The notes: generated from the sequence alone by a model not told the origin. A stretch of 64,000 nucleotides of DNA from Azolla caroliniana (GCA_043228905.1 JBHGNT010000021.1:3224001-3288000), one strand, 5' to 3'. Shown: positions 13,201 through 27,806, counted from the first letter of the stretch. Numbers and translations are program-made.

Positions 13201-16200
13201 GGCTAAAGAAATATGTTATTGTTAATTGTTGATAAGATTGTGCGGTTGTATTGTTTTCCTTTAACAACTTCTCCTTGTGTCCCTTGAATTCTAGCAAGAA
13301 CAGCCCCAAGCACCTTTGGCATCATATTCCATTACCTTCTGTAATGGGCCAAAGCCAGGCTTAAAGAGGAAAAGCTTGTATCAATTCCAAATATGCATTG
13401 CCGGGATTCACCATGAACCTACTAACAACTCCCACTGCATGTGCAATGTCTTGTCTTGTAGCAACATGGAATACATCAAAGAGCCACTAGCTAAAGCATA
13501 TGGTACAGCCTTCATGGAGTTGACAGCTGCAACACCTTTTCAGCACTGTTTCTTTTGAGAAGTGGGGGCTTCTAGCCGCTGCATAAGCCGAGCACGCGGC
13601 AGTATCAAAGGCTTTTCAGAAATTCACAAAGCAGTAATAAATCCTCTTATTATAGGTTCTGCTCTCCTCGACAAGGGCTTGGAGGGTCAATATGTGACTC
13701 AAAGTTCTGAACCCCTTCTGAAAGTTTGCCTGTCCAGCTGAACGGCAGCCATTTCGCTCTGCCCATATACTCAATTCTGTCTCAAGGATTGAGCCATGTA
13801 GTTTGGCCAAGTAATGGCCAATCATGATTTTCCTATAGTTTCTCTTGGACCATGTAGTTTGGCCAAGTAATGGCCAATCATGATTTTCCTATAGTTGCTC
13901 AGCATCATGGTGTCTTCACTCTTGAGGATTGGAACAATAGTATGTTCTTTCAATATAGTAAGGAAACCTTCAACATAGCTCTATTAAAGATGTGTGCTAG
14001 CAATGGGAGCCAGATGCCACGGGCATAGATAAAGTGCTCACCAACCAATCCATTATCCTGGGCCTTCCCAAAATTTAACCAATCCATGCCATTTCTTACA
14101 TTTTGTGGAATAAAAAAGATGGATTCATGTGGGCATGCACCATGTGGGTGGGAAAAGGGAGGCTGCCCTAGGATACCATATAGAACCTTTGCATATTCAT
14201 GCGAGTTGTGTGGTAGGTTGCCTCTCATTAAACATTTTCCATGCTCTTTTACTTTCTTGTTCTAGGAACAACCGATACACATGTTCTTCAAATTTAGCTA
14301 AATACAATCTCTTCTTCTTCCACACGAGGCGTTGGATGGTTGCTCTTGCTTGTTTGTGTGTATAAATACCCTGAATTACTTCACACTGCAAGCATCTTCT
14401 TGTATCACGACATTCCTCATCATACCAACTATTATCTAAAAATGTTTCTCATTGACAGTCAAAGCATGCAAATATGAGTCAAACAGATACTCGTAAATAA
14501 ACCTAGCATGAATCAAATAGATACTCATTTCCTTGTATCATCACATTCCTCATCATACCAACTATTATCTCACAATGTTTCTCATCGGCAGTTGAAGCAT
14601 GCAAATAGGAGTCAAACAGATACTCATAAATAAAACTAGCATGAATCAAACAGATACTCGCCTCAAGTGTAAAACTTACAGTCATGAAAAATAAACCAAG
14701 GAGAAGACCACGGTATGGGGCGATGTCAGATTCCACCTGCAGAGAAAATTCTGTTTCTGCCAGCAGCAACCCAGCCAAAAAAGCTCCCAAGGCCATAGAA
14801 AGACCAGCCTAAATCCATAGAAAAGAGGTGTTACAACTCAAATCATTTAAAAAAAGTTTCCGAATTCTTCTTTTTAAAGAACTTACTCTAGCCGTCAGCA
14901 CACTAGTCCCAAGAACTACAAACAGAGTATTTGCAGCAAATATTTCCGCATTTTGGTTATCAGCCATTCTCTTGTATATAGGACGAAGAAGCTGTATGAA
15001 GACACAAAAATTCATAAACACCATAAAATCTGCATGAAACACTAATCCACATTATTGTCAATGCTGCTAAGTATGTTTTACCAATCGTCCACCAGCAATA
15101 ATGGCACCTATGGCTACAACACCCTTAACCGCAGCAATTCCGAGAGCTTCAGCTATGGCTTGAAAGCCGACCTAGAAGCTCACAATAAGAAATCCATAAA
15201 ACGCTCATTGACTTCAGCTAACAATAGGAAAATAAAAAGAATTATGGTTCATTGGCCATTTCTTTTTCTGAAGATGATATGTTTTCCATGATGAGAAGGA
15301 TATGGTTTGGAAATGGTAAGGTTCTACGCACTCCTCCTTTTGAAGAATTTGGTGAAATGAGAGGAATCAAGATTAGCAAAACAACAACTGCAATATCCTG
15401 CCAATTACATAATGACCGCGTCCATACATTAGGCTCTTTGTAACAAAATAGATGTGAATCTAAAAATAGCTGACTAAACCTCTTCGTAACTATCAAATGG
15501 TACTAAAAGAAATCTCACAATATATTTGTAATCTCTTTTGCATTTTACTAGGATACCTGAAACAACAAAACTGAGAATGTTGCACGCCCATGACGTGATG
15601 TGCCTTCTCCTCGTTCCTGGAGAACCTAAAAAATGAACAGAAAGTAAATACATAACTACATATATGTTTGCAAAGAACATAAAGTAATACTCTGTTGGCA
15701 AGACAAGATGTACTTAGTCTTGAAGTATGTGTCATTGATTTTAAGATAAGTACTATCTAGCACTAGCGTGTATCTAGGAGGCTAGGTCATCTTAAATGAC
15801 AAGTCCGTTGACAAAAGGAATAACCCTGCTACTATCAAATGATTTGAGCATTTAATGTGACAATAAGACTAAACACAGAATCTGGATATTCACCCTCTTT
15901 CTCTTACAAAGCAGCTGTGACTACTATCTGTGTCAACCAACTCTGTAGTCTATTAGTCCAGATGCCATCTAAGCTCTAAGGTATGCGTGAACAGGAGGAC
16001 TACCGATGTGAACTACTCTCATATGTCATAGAAAGTTTGTATTGACACATATGCATCTCTATGAATGTAACTCTATATCCCTATCTAGTCAATTCTCAAT
16101 ATTCTAACAAGTAGAGGACCCAACTATCATATATGGCAGCCTTAAATCATGTGAATAAGGTCCATGAAAAGTCTCTTCACTGTATGAACTAGGAAATCTA

Positions 16201-19200
16201 ATTATATATTCAAAATATGCTCGTATCTTGCTCTCCAGAATTTCTCACTTCATACAGTACTCATTCAATCATAGCTGGAAATGGAATTTCATAGCAGCCA
16301 TCTTGAGATATTCCAAGTGAAGAATTTTAGATAGCTAATGGAAGAAATAAAAGCTTAAATAATTAAATTCTACAATCCTTCAATAAGACATAGGGAATTG
16401 CTACCTGGAGGACAACAGCAGTTGAGGAAAGAGCTAGCCCATTGCCTATAACAAGGGCTGCAGGTCCTGAAAAGCCACAAATATAGCGACAAAATAACCC
16501 CACAACAAGTGCTGTCGCTAGCACCTGCAAGATTCAAAGATGTATATGATATCATGGACTTATAGAAATAAAAATCATGCCCAAACTTATAGAATCTAAA
16601 ATACCTGTGATGTCCCAAGGCCAAAAACATACTTCTTCATGGAGCTCAATCTTTCAACAGATAGCTGTAGAATAAGATAAAATTAAATGCTGCTACATGC
16701 AGTCACAAGGCAAATGAAGAGGAAGGTTAAAATCTAACACATATAGGCTACAGGTAACAGTTTTTTAAAATGTTGATATGGATCCTTCAGCTTCAATTAA
16801 CATTTTACGTGCACGTATTAGAAAAAACATTCACCAAATATGGGAAACATGTTGAAAAAATAGATTTATTGATGAAAAGAATCCATCCATTACAAGAGTT
16901 CTTCAACAAGATATCCCATGTCCACTCTAGGATATTGAAAAACGTGTTTTCCTATTCTGTTACCTCCTATAACTGTGCATATATATTTTTTATTAAGTGC
17001 CTTTCATCTCGAGTTTTTTGATGATCGTTGTTATACTCCTAAATTGTCTTTGGGCTATGCTGTAGGAGCATACATATCCTAGGCATCCCAAAATACTTTG
17101 TTGGCATATTCCAAAATCGATCAAATCAATCTTTGTATCATATATTCAGTATTGCATCTTCATCTTCTGCTAGCTTGCATGCAACATGATATACCGAAGC
17201 ATGTGGGTCAGTGTGAAACTTGGGAAGAAAAAGCTCACAAACTTCTATATTTCAGCATCTAGTAAGACACATGCTTTCTTGAGTGTCCAAGTAGAGTTTG
17301 TTTATTTGTATGTTTATCTAAGGAGTCATCTTTGTGACACATCAGGGAGGTTCACAATGGTGCATTGATCTATGGACATCTTTCAAGGGATGAGTCTTGG
17401 TAAAGAGTGGGCATAACCCTCTTGAGGGATATGATAAAGGATTTTTCCATAACCCAGATTTATCCCCAATCATAGGATGTCTCCACTCCTGTCCAGATGA
17501 CCAGACCTTACATCCCCAGTCAAAACCTACAAGCAATTGAAAGATCATACAAAATGTTAACAAAATAGAACAGAAAATTGCAGCAATGTCCGCAAGCTGT
17601 GTTCATGATTGTTCAATTTAACTGACTTAATGTACTGCATCTTTATGTGGCACACCGTGAAAGGTGCTACAGAAAACATGTTGCTGAGAAAAATGTGTGA
17701 AATGGATGATCGACAGTGAGCATATCCTATTTGAATGTGAATAATCATAATATAATATAGCATGTGAATACCTCTAGCCCAATATTGAAAAGCAAAAAAA
17801 CAACACCAAACTCTGCAATTGTCTTCGTTGCATGTACATTTTGTATGATTGATAAAGCATGTGGTCCGATTAGTACACCGCCTATGAGGTAGCCAAGCAC
17901 AGGACTACCTACAGAACAATAAAAGAAATTAAGAGCCGTAAAAATGTATCTGGCAGATAGAGTATGCCTTCAAGTTAATACCCACAAGAGGTTGACTTTC
18001 ATTTAACAAATAACTTTTTAGTTAGAAGAATTTGTTGTTCACAACCATCCGAAATGTTTTCACATGGGCGTAGTACACAGAAAGACTGGAACCACATGGA
18101 GTACATGTTAAATTAAGATCATAGAGTTATTTTCAGATTTTACTCAACGTTATGATTAAATGCTTCTTGACCATTTCCATCTTAGAAGAGCCTCTATTAT
18201 AACATTCTAAGACAAAAGAAGAAGCAAACAAAAACAAAACACCCTTAACATAGAGTGACAGAATCAGTGGAGCGCTCATCTGGTGTTTGGACATCTTATA
18301 ACTGTGAGAATGAACGAAATCCAAAATATCACTTAACCCACAAAGAGATTGAACACACTATCAATACTTCACAGTTATTAATCGGTAGAATGATCTTAAC
18401 TATATTATGGAGAGAATAGATTATACATCAGAGTATGAAGTTATCCCAGAGAAACTCCAACTCAAGTGCAAGCCAATTCAATGAATTCTTTTACCAGTAG
18501 GCTAGACTTTCTCACTTGCATAAATAGAAAGACGTGTTGCTGGTAGGCGATTGATAATGATGGTAGATATTAGGATGTTGGTGATGATGATGGTGATGGT
18601 GATGGTGATGGTGATGGTGAAACAGTAGATCAGAAAAAATAGGATGGGTAGATGGGAAGAAGAAATTGATGATGAGAGTGCCGGTATAATAATAAGTCCT
18701 TGTCCTTGCTGCTCTCCTTTTTTCGTAATAGGTACTTGTCTTAATTACTATTCTGTAACAAGGAAAGAAAGAGAGGGCAACATGCGAGGGAACCAAATTA
18801 TCCTTTTGCAAGTCTTTCAACACTTAGATTACTTCTGTAAGGAAACTTATTCTCTGCCTAGAGCAAGGCACTTATTACTCTGCCATCAAAAATTTTGATA
18901 GGCAAACACATGCGGCCCATAGAGGTGCGCACTGTTGGAAAACGTGTTGGAGTTTTAGGTCTGCCAATAAATGCAAATCAGTGTGAATAGGCAAATGAAG
19001 GGGACGCACATGTGCTTTCGGAAGAGGAATTTTTGTTGTATTTCACTGAATAAGAAACTTCCAATCCTAGAAAGGATTAATAATCACCTCTCATATTCTA
19101 AATTCTTACACTGGGTTCTGCATGGTCTACAGTTCCATCTCTTCCCAAGGATTTGGCTTGTGTATCCCCAGAAGGTTAGAATTTATGAGAGTGCAATTAT

Positions 19201-20253
19201 CAATTAAATGGTACTATTCACTGTTGAATGCCCCAGATATCTAGACAGATTAGGATTCTCATGGTTTTGGGTTGTAACTCTTTCTTATTGTCTTTCTCAT
19301 TGATATCATTTAAAGTGATAGCAGACTTCTATAAGACTACTTATGTGCATTTAGAATTGAGCAACAAGCTTGGCGCAAAGTTCAATGTTTCTCGACCAGT
19401 ATATCTACAGCACAGAAACATTACAAATGAATTTGCTGTCTCGCGTCTTTAATTGGAAACTATGATTAGAGTACCATGGATATGAGCCCTGACAAAGCGC
19501 TAATATGTAACATCTGGAGTGCATATTTGTAAATTGATTGTATGGAACACCCAAATTTATAAATTGATATATATCTCAAAGTATTGAAACATAAATAATA
19601 TCCAATTCTATGAGTGCTTATCAGCTTCAATATAATATGTTTTACATGCTTCAGAAAATGTTAACACATTATAACGGTTAATCATGCACCATTAAAGTTA
19701 AAAGCAGCTTAGACTCACCACCAGGAAGTTTCTGAAATATTGGTACAAAAATCACACTTGCAAGAAGCAACCATAAGACATCAAATAGAGAAGTTTCTTC
19801 TTCGTTCACCTGCCATCAAACATCTATGTCTTAGCATGCTAACAGTTATAACTAAGAAGATATAGTGACTTCACATAAAAAAAGGAAACAAGTCTTAAGG
19901 TGTCTATCTATGAGAACCATACTCTTTCTATGGCAACCAATTTATGGATCCTCCAACTCATTTCCATCAGCGTCATTAAATATGGACAGTAAAATGATCC
20001 ATACTATGCATCAGAAAGAACTTTTGAACTTATTACATTTTACGTACTTTATATGATGCTGTTTGTACACATGCATCAGAAGGCATAGCTAGTTTTCCTA
20101 TTACAATTGTCTCCACATTGATGGCAATTGGAATTATCCCATCTCATTGCATTCCTCTTCACTTAGCAATTTCATATCAGTGGAATTCTCTTGACCTTCA
20201 AAACATAGCTTTTGAAGTTTCTCCAAACTAACTACCCAAATAAATGGATAAAG

Positions 20254-20309
<56 letters not shown>

Positions 20310-23300
20310 AAGGTACCAGATATTCCTGTTAATCAACCATAGAGAAAGAAAGAAAGGTATATTAGCATCTCAAAATAAATACAAGTAAATTATAAGTGCC
20401 GAAGGTACCGGATATTCCTGTTAGTGAACCAAAGAGAAAGAAAGATATATTAACGTCTTTTAAGAGGCCGAAATGGCCTATAAGCCCAAGCAAGAGATTA
20501 AGTGTTGTCAAAACAACAAACCAAAATAAATATTGCTAACTGAAAAAAATAAAAGAAGATAAACAATGACTATCTTATTATCAATACATGTAACATTCTC
20601 AAGTCAGATATATTGAAATGTTTGTCCTCAAAAGATCTCTAGCATAGGTCGATAAAAAATGGAGAGGTCTCCAAAGCGAGGGAAACACTTGCTATGGTGG
20701 GAGATAATGGCCTTTATCTGTCGATGATAAGGGTGATGAGGTCGTGGTCCATTAGGCCGGGCCCTATATGCATGACAAATTATTATTGCTCGATCTATTG
20801 CAACCCCTTTCTTATGCCCTGGCCAGGAGCCCATTTATGCAGACCTTGATTGACTTGTAGCATGAGTAGGAGTGATGGGGCTAAAGAAAGTTGTCATTGT
20901 TCTTTGCTGATGAGCTTGTAGCTATATTGTTTCCCTTCAACAACTTTTCCTTGTGTCTCTTGAATTCTAGCAAGAAAATCCCTAAGCACATTGGTCCTCA
21001 TATTCCATTACCTTGCATTGTGGACCAAAGCCTTGCTTAAAGAGGCAATGGTATCTCCCTCTTATTTCATAAAAAAATAAAAAACACAACTGTGACAAAC
21101 ATGGTGTTCTTCATATTCCACTCCCTAATGACACAATTGGCAAATTCTTTCTTTCAAAGGTATTCCTACCTCAACCTCTAACTGGTGTGATGAAGTTTGT
21201 AGCTACCCTCTCACACTATGCCGCACATAGGATAGATATATATCCATATTAGATGGCCTGATGATGAATCCATCCTCCGACGTGTGTAAAGAGTGTCTTG
21301 TAGTGGGCCATCTTCCTACCAAGTGATATTTTGGGGCTGATCCATGTTATCTTGTTTTCCAAGTTAATAATATCAGTTTGGATCACTCTATCCTCTTCCA
21401 CTTTGGTCATGTTTAAATGGGGACAATCCAAGCTATATTGGAATAGAGGTTTAGGTATGAAAACAAATTTAAGTAGTATTAAAAGTGTCATGTGAGAGGT
21501 TTGAACCCATAACCTCACATATCAATCACCAAGTGTGAACCATTAGGGTAAGTCTTCTACAAAAATTTACATTCTCACCATTGTAATTATATCTTATGTT
21601 GTATCGTATACATAGTGACTCAAATGAGCAACATCATTTTCATGCATCACACGTAGCACATGTATACAAAGTGGCAATCACACATCACATGTGTTGCATG
21701 CATCACATGCACTCTCACATACATACACTGACACATCACATACATTATTCGAACGCCTATTTAAGGAGGAGGAAGGGAAGCATGTAGGAATCAATGAAAA
21801 ATACATCCATCAATAATAAAGAGATTCAACTAGCTCATTGGGAATGTTTCTCATCTCTCAAGATAGAAGTCAAGGGTTCAAGCTAGAGTTTGCCAGAGAT
21901 AAGGTATCATCCTTATGGTAGAATATTGTAACTTTGGTAAATAAAATCTTATATTCCATATTTAATAAAGCATATATTATACTCTTTACTTCTTGATTCA
22001 AACACTATCTCCATCTCTTTTTTGTGCTCGTCTCTCCCTTTTCATTACAAACGCTCCTCGTTAATAAGCCCAGCGGTTCAACGCACCAACCACAAACTCT
22101 ACAACAATGTTTATGCCATGTGACTTGAACCATTGTTACATTTCAGCATACCAACAATGAATATCTCCTTGTTCAACAAGTTGTTTTGATGACATAAGTG
22201 CCAACCTTGAGTACCTTAGTTTAGGGAAATCATTGATCAGAATAGTGCCTCAATGATTATACGGCCTGCTCCCATCTCTACCCTAATTATATCATGGGTC
22301 ACCAATGTTGTGGAGTTTGTGATTGGTGTGTCAAACCACCGGAGCTATGAACGAGGAGAGTTTGTTAAGAAAGAGAGAGAACGACCACAAACAAGAGATA
22401 GAGCTAGTGTAGGATTAAAGAAGAAGACTATATGATAAAAATATGTTCTATTAAATTGGGAATACAAGATTATATTTACTAAAGTTACAATATTCCACCA
22501 TCAGGATGACACCTTATCTCTACCAAACTCCAGCTCGAACCCTTGACTTTGATCTTAGAGAGATGAAAATCCTTTCTTGATGAGCTAGTTAGATCTTTTA
22601 ATTATTAGATGAATGTATTTTCCTTGATGCTTTAGATGATTTGATTCCTTCTCCTTAAATAGGTGTTTGAATAAGAGTGCATGTGATATGTGAATGCATG
22701 TGTGTGAGAGTGCATGCAATGTATGATCGCCACTTGGCTCACATGTGTTAACGTGTGATGAATGAATGCCATGTTGCTCATCTAAATCAACATGTATGCA
22801 ATAATGCATAACACATAATTAAAATGATAAGAATATAAACTCATAGGAATACTTATCCTAATGGTTCACACTTGGTGGTTGATTATGGGAAGTTATAAGC
22901 TTCATACATGACACTTGCAATACTATATGAACTTGTTTCCATATCGTGAAGTAATTCCTCCAGGGCATTGATGATTTGCTCCTTATCGTGTGGGCAACCA
23001 TTGAAACTAAAGGTCTCTCTAAATCTTTCCAGCTATTTGCCTTGTTAAGACTCGATGCCCACGTTTCTACTCCATAGAGGAGTTGGTGTCACACGTGACA
23101 CTTGTATCAAATAGTCACAGTTTAGTTTGTGGCTCTTGGAATTGCACATGTGCACATTGAACTTCAAGGGCACCATGGGCTGTATATCAAATAGTCACAG
23201 TTTATTTTGTGGCTCTTGGAATTGCAAATGTGCACATTGACTTTCAACGGCACCATGGGCTGCATATCCACGAGAAAGTTCAGCACAAGTAGACTCCCAT

Positions 23301-24628
23301 AAGGAGAACCTAGGTCCTATAAATGTTACTCCTAGGTATGTGTAGGAGCATGTGTATGCCACCTTTTCCTCTCCCAAGAAGAATTCTGGTTCTGATCTTG
23401 TTACCCATGCTTGAGTGGTGTTAAATACCATAACTTTAGTTTTATCCATGTTTATTGACAAACCTTTGGCCGTACAAAATACTTTTAAGGCATTTGGATG
23501 TCTTTGTCATCCCTCTGGAGAATCAGTACAATATCATCAGCATAAAGTAATATTTGTATGGCTATACCTGCTAGTCATGCTCCCAAACCCCCGAATTTGA
23601 TCTATGTAATGTGATACCTCATCTATGTAGAGACAGAAAAGGGTGGGTGATAGTTGGCATCCTTGTTTTAATTGTGCTAACTACAGCCTTTGACAAACCA
23701 TTGGGAAACTGCAGTTTTCCTGCCATGGATTCATACAGTGCATAGGTTCCCCATTGCATTTCTTAGGGACACCAAGGGCTTCTAGCCATTGCATAAGCCG
23801 AACACACGGCATATTATCGAAGGCTTTTCGGAAATCCATAAAGTGACAGTAAATCCTCTTATTACAGGCTCTATCCTCCTCGATAAGGGCTTGGAGTTTT
23901 AATATGTGATCCAAAGTTGTGAACCCCTTCTGAAAGCCTGCCTTTCCAGCTGAATAGCAGCCATTTTGCTCTGCCAATATACTCAATTCTGACTCTAGGA
24001 TCGAGCCACATGGTTTATCCAATTAATGGCCAATCACGATTGTCCTATAGTTTCTTGGCATCATGAGGTCTGCACTCTTAACGATTGGCACAATGGTATG
24101 TTCTGTCCATCTAGTATGGAAACAGTCACACTTAGTTCTAGCAATGGGAGCCAGATGTCATCAGCATAGATAAATTACTCACCTACAAATCCATCACGAT
24201 CCTGGGCCTCCCCAATTTGTAACCGATCAATGGCACTTATTACGTTTTGTGGAGTAAAAAACGTGGATTCATCTGGGTGTGAGCCATGTGGGTGGGAAGT
24301 AGGGGCTGCCTGGGGATATCTTATAGAAGAAAGAAAGAAAGATATATATTAACTTATTTTTTAGATACTAGAATGGCCAATAAGACCAAACAGGAGACTA
24401 CATCTTAAGTATTGTCTCAGATTTTAGATCAACAAATCAAAATAGAGAGAAAGAAAGAAACATAAATATATATAAAAGACCACAATGGCCTATGACCTAA
24501 CAAATATTCCAACTGTTTATACTAACTCATTGATGCGAGTAACAAAAGAACATGTTTCTACCTAAAACATGAGATCTTGACCTGCGTCCTCAACAGTGTG
24601 TGCACAATAGAGAGAGAGAGAGAGAGAG

Positions 24629-24669
<41 letters not shown>

Positions 24670-26925
24670 ATGCATTTGTAACCTAAAGCATAGTTGCTCA
24701 CTAATATCTAGGTAAGATCTTAAGGCAAGATGCTCTGATCAGTAGCATCTTACCATAAATGAAACCTTTAACTAAGGCTGCCAGGAAGTTTGATTAACAT
24801 AAAAGTAAGAAAAATACCTCTTGTTGTGGAATCCTTTCAAGAATCTGGCGTACTGTCTGTGGTAGCCTCTGCAATTCTCTCATCAGTGGTTTTGCAGTAG
24901 TGGAAGCCTCTTCAAAAGTAGTAACAAACTCTGTTCGTTGAGCCATGTGTGCTTGCAGTCCTATCCTACTCTTCAACAATAGACTCCTGGAATGACAATA
25001 AGCATGGTATGAATAAGAAAAGCCATGCCTGATCTCCTCGGCATAACCTATTTAACTATATTGCAAGCATACCCCCCAACAAGTAGCACCATGCCAATTG
25101 AGATATTTAGAAAATTGCGTTGCATTCCACGGAAAAGAGTGCTCGGACTGAACTCTGATTCATCTTCATTAAATGAGAAAAAAGAAGCAGAAAAGAAACG
25201 AGAGGATCTCTTAGTTGATTTAGAGACAACAGGGTGAGAAGATTCTTTCACATTATCCTTTGGCTGATGAACATTTTTCGGCTTTTCAAATTCATTCTCC
25301 TGCAACAACATACTCACTTCAGATGCCTTTCTTGATACTTCATCGATGACTTCTACAGATTCAGATGTCCTTTTTGATACTTCATCAATGACTTCTACAG
25401 CTTCATTAGAGATTGAGATAAGTGGTGTTTTATCTTCTTCTAATCCAAGAACCTCTTTATAATCACTAGCTTCTTCTGTAATTTTCCCTGAGTGAATTTT
25501 CTGTGATGTATTCAAAACACTATCAGACACTTTCTCCGAAACTTTGCTTGACATACACTCGGCCACTTCTGAAGCCAAAGTTGTGTGATGTGGCATTGTC
25601 TCAGAGAGACCAAGTTTCTCTGCCTTCTGAAGTGCTATCTCAGCAATGCATACTCTCTGTGTTGCATCGACTTCTAATGCGACAGCCTGTTCAGCTAAAG
25701 ACATCACTCTTGTGACTTCATCATCTGCTTCCATAGCAATTTCTCTGGCCAACTTTGCAGCTTCTGCCATAGCCAGAACTTCCTTTTGAAGCTCCAATTT
25801 TGAGATCTTGATTCGTTGAAGATCCATTTCATATTTTTGAAGAGAAACCTCACAAGCCTTGACCTCTGCTTCATATGCAATTAGGTTGTCTTCTTCACTC
25901 AACAATTCCAAACTTTCTTCGTCTTGTTTTTTTTCTTCTTGCATTTTGCCTCTAATTCTCAATGTTTCTTTATTATCAACATCCTCCTTGACATTAACCA
26001 CCTGTTCATCATTCCATCGCTCTTCAGATGAATCTACCAACGCATTTGGAGCATGTCTACATTTTTCTTCAGCTTGTTTTAGTGAATCCTTGGCCTTCAC
26101 TATCAGCTCTTCAACACTTGATTCTTCATTCAAGATCGACTGAAACACGGATTTTGCATTCTCTGCTTTCTTCTCCAATGCATCAGCCTCATCTCTGAGA
26201 GAAATTGCTCTCTCCGTAATGGCTTCTGTATCTCGCACAAATTCTGAGCTTTTGAATCTCGCCAATTCCAACTCTTCCAATGCAGACTGAAACGTTTCTC
26301 TAAGATTCTCAAGAGAAGGCAAGTTTTCATTCTCGTTTCCACTAGATTTACATTCGATCTGTTCACTATTCTTTAAAGAAGTACTAGCTTCAGGTTCATG
26401 AAAGGAATCATCTATATAACTACCAGATGATGATCTCAAATGGCTAATATTCTTTCCATTTGAGTTATCATCTGGATGCATAGAATGAATTCCTTGTATA
26501 TTTGATCTAGAATCACAGAAAACCACAGTTTGACAAGTTCTCTTTCTTCTTATGCGTTCATCTTTCCAAACGGATCTCATATTTCCATTAGACATATTTT
26601 CCTTCTTTCTTTCTTCAATAAAGCATAATCCATACCGACACCTAAAGTCTAAACCTGCAGAATGTAATGCTAATCCTTCAGTGGGTTTTGACGAATGAAA
26701 ATTCCTTGATCTGACCAAAAAACGTGATGAAATGCGGCTTCTTTTCTGCAATACTTTGCTTCCGATTTTATTCAATGAGCCACGATTGGTATGTGATAAT
26801 TCAACAGAAATGCATGGAAACGTGGCATTAAACCCGATCGTGGATGGAGAGGTGAAAGAATTCGAGCACCTCCATTGATGCTGTTGAAACTGATCGTGCG
26901 GCTGAAGAAAACACCTCGAATTCAT
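10223..26925 (-). CDS. KEA2: Plastid envelope K+ efflux antiporter, KEA1/KEA2-like (coiled-coil N-terminus, CPA2 Na/H exchanger domain, KTN/TrkA-N domain)
   Basis: 20 in-phase GT-AG exons: 26925-25073, 24986-24818, 19809-19719, 17908-17772, 16664-16605, 16524-16405, 15625-15557, 15397-15332, 15171-15082, 14991-14887, 14808-14680, 12533-12324, 11846-11697, 11608-11555, 11477-11419, 11326-11260, 11127-10951, 10864-10808, 10504-10430, 10363-10223. Motifs [81 protein letters not shown]. Confidence 0.95.
12806..14390 (-). mobile_element. 5'-truncated, internally deleted RTE-like LINE in a KEA intron
   Basis: Minus-strand RT remnants ([30 protein letters not shown]). The 3' end has a (TCTT)n tail, read on + as AGAAAGAAAGATATATTAAC at 12806, shared with other copies. 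Confidence 0.8.
14399..14660. repeat. ~133-bp intronic tandem duplication
   Basis: cttgtatca..acattcctcatcataccaactattatct at 14399 and 14532. Confidence 0.8.
18581..18620. repeat. (GATGGT)n microsatellite
   Basis: Directly visible in a KEA intron. Confidence 0.85.
20258..20305. repeat. (TA)n microsatellite
   Basis: Directly visible. Confidence 0.95.
21455..22106 (+). mobile_element. LTR fragment, left arm of an inverted pair
   Basis: TATA-like cctatttaag, ends in ..ctacaaca. Homologous to the reverse complement of 22306-22945. Confidence 0.6.
22293..22945 (-). mobile_element. LTR fragment plus PBS-like sequence, right arm of an inverted pair
   Basis: On the minus strand it ends ..caaca and is followed by TTGGTGACCCATG, a TGG-initiated PBS-like motif. 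Confidence 0.6.
24325..24440 (-). mobile_element. Short RTE-like 3'-end fragment
   Basis: agaaagaaagatatatattaac..gaatggccaataagacca..acatcttaa matches the 12806 tail. Confidence 0.7.
24609..24668. repeat. (AG)n(TG)n microsatellite
   Basis: Directly visible. Confidence 0.95.
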
Positions 26926-27370
26926 GGCCTTGGAAGCTTTGCAAGCAATGTATTGATCGATGCCTGCAAACCTGGACGTGGAGAGGAACAGAATATCGGA
27001 TTAGTCTAATCTTAAGGAGGAGGCGAAAACGGGAGTCATAGCTGGAAAGACGAAATAATAAGGTTCCCTCGCCTTTTCTCTTCTCCACTCTACTCTTCAC
27101 TGACACTCCGCATGTATCTGTCAGCGTGCAATCCTGTGTCTGCTAAAATCCGGGATTGGTTCACATGGCTGATGGAGCTACATATATGTATAAGAGTATT
27201 TCTCCAGAGGAGAGGAGAGGAGAGAAGAACTGGTTTCTACGTGGCTTCAGCAAAGGACCTCCATTGCTTTTCTTCTCTCTGATGCGAGAGACAAAAGAAA
27301 GATGGCGATTCAAAAACGCATCATCATCATTTTTTTTCTTACGCTTGGGTTTTTTTGTTCTTTGGTTTTT

Positions 27371-27371
<1 letters not shown>

Positions 27372-27423
<52 letters not shown>
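27372..27423. repeat. (TG)n(AG)n microsatellite in the KEA 5' region
   Basis: Directly visible. Confidence 0.95.
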
Positions 27424-27565
27424 CCTCTTCGCTCTTATCCTCAAACATCATCACATACAAATAAAAAGGGCCCCCTCTAACGTGTGGATCGATCCACTCG
27501 TACCTTTGTCTTCTTCCTTGGCTTCCAGTTCCATCCCTACATGATCTTTCTAATGATGTTACATT

Positions 27566-27806
27566 TAGGAGTCAAAGAACGGCTCGGCTCACACCTGAAC
27601 CAAGCTCTCAAACCGTTTTCAAACGCTTTGGAGGTTCTGCGGTTCGGATGGTTTGGCTCAGTTCAAGCTTGAGCCTCATTAACCAGTTTGGCAAGGCTCA
27701 AGCCGAACCGAACCGTTTCTGGCTTAACCGGTTTAGGAACCTATTTCGTTCAAGCTTGAAAATTCTCGAACCAATTAAGTCGAAATTGAACCGTTGTTGA
27801 TTCCTA
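27566..27806. mobile_element. hAT-type MITE
   Basis: Termini TAGGAGTCAAAGAAC / GTTGTTGATTCCTA. 8-bp TSD gttacatt / gtcacatt (7/8 match). Internal AACCG/CGGTT subterminal repeats. Confidence 0.8.

Larger units (their letters stand above)
20433..24320 (-). mobile_element. Second RTE-like LINE copy, interrupted at ~21050-22950 by LTR-derived sequence
   Basis: 3' part 20433-21050 is homologous to 12806-13370. RT remnants at 22950-24320 ([42 protein letters not shown]). Confidence 0.8.

Noticed and set aside
18512-18823. Poly-His ORF
   Set aside because: Derived from a (GATGGT)n microsatellite within a KEA intron.
25048-26925. Stand-alone 625-aa coiled-coil gene
   Set aside because: It is exon 1 of the KEA gene, spliced in phase at 25073.
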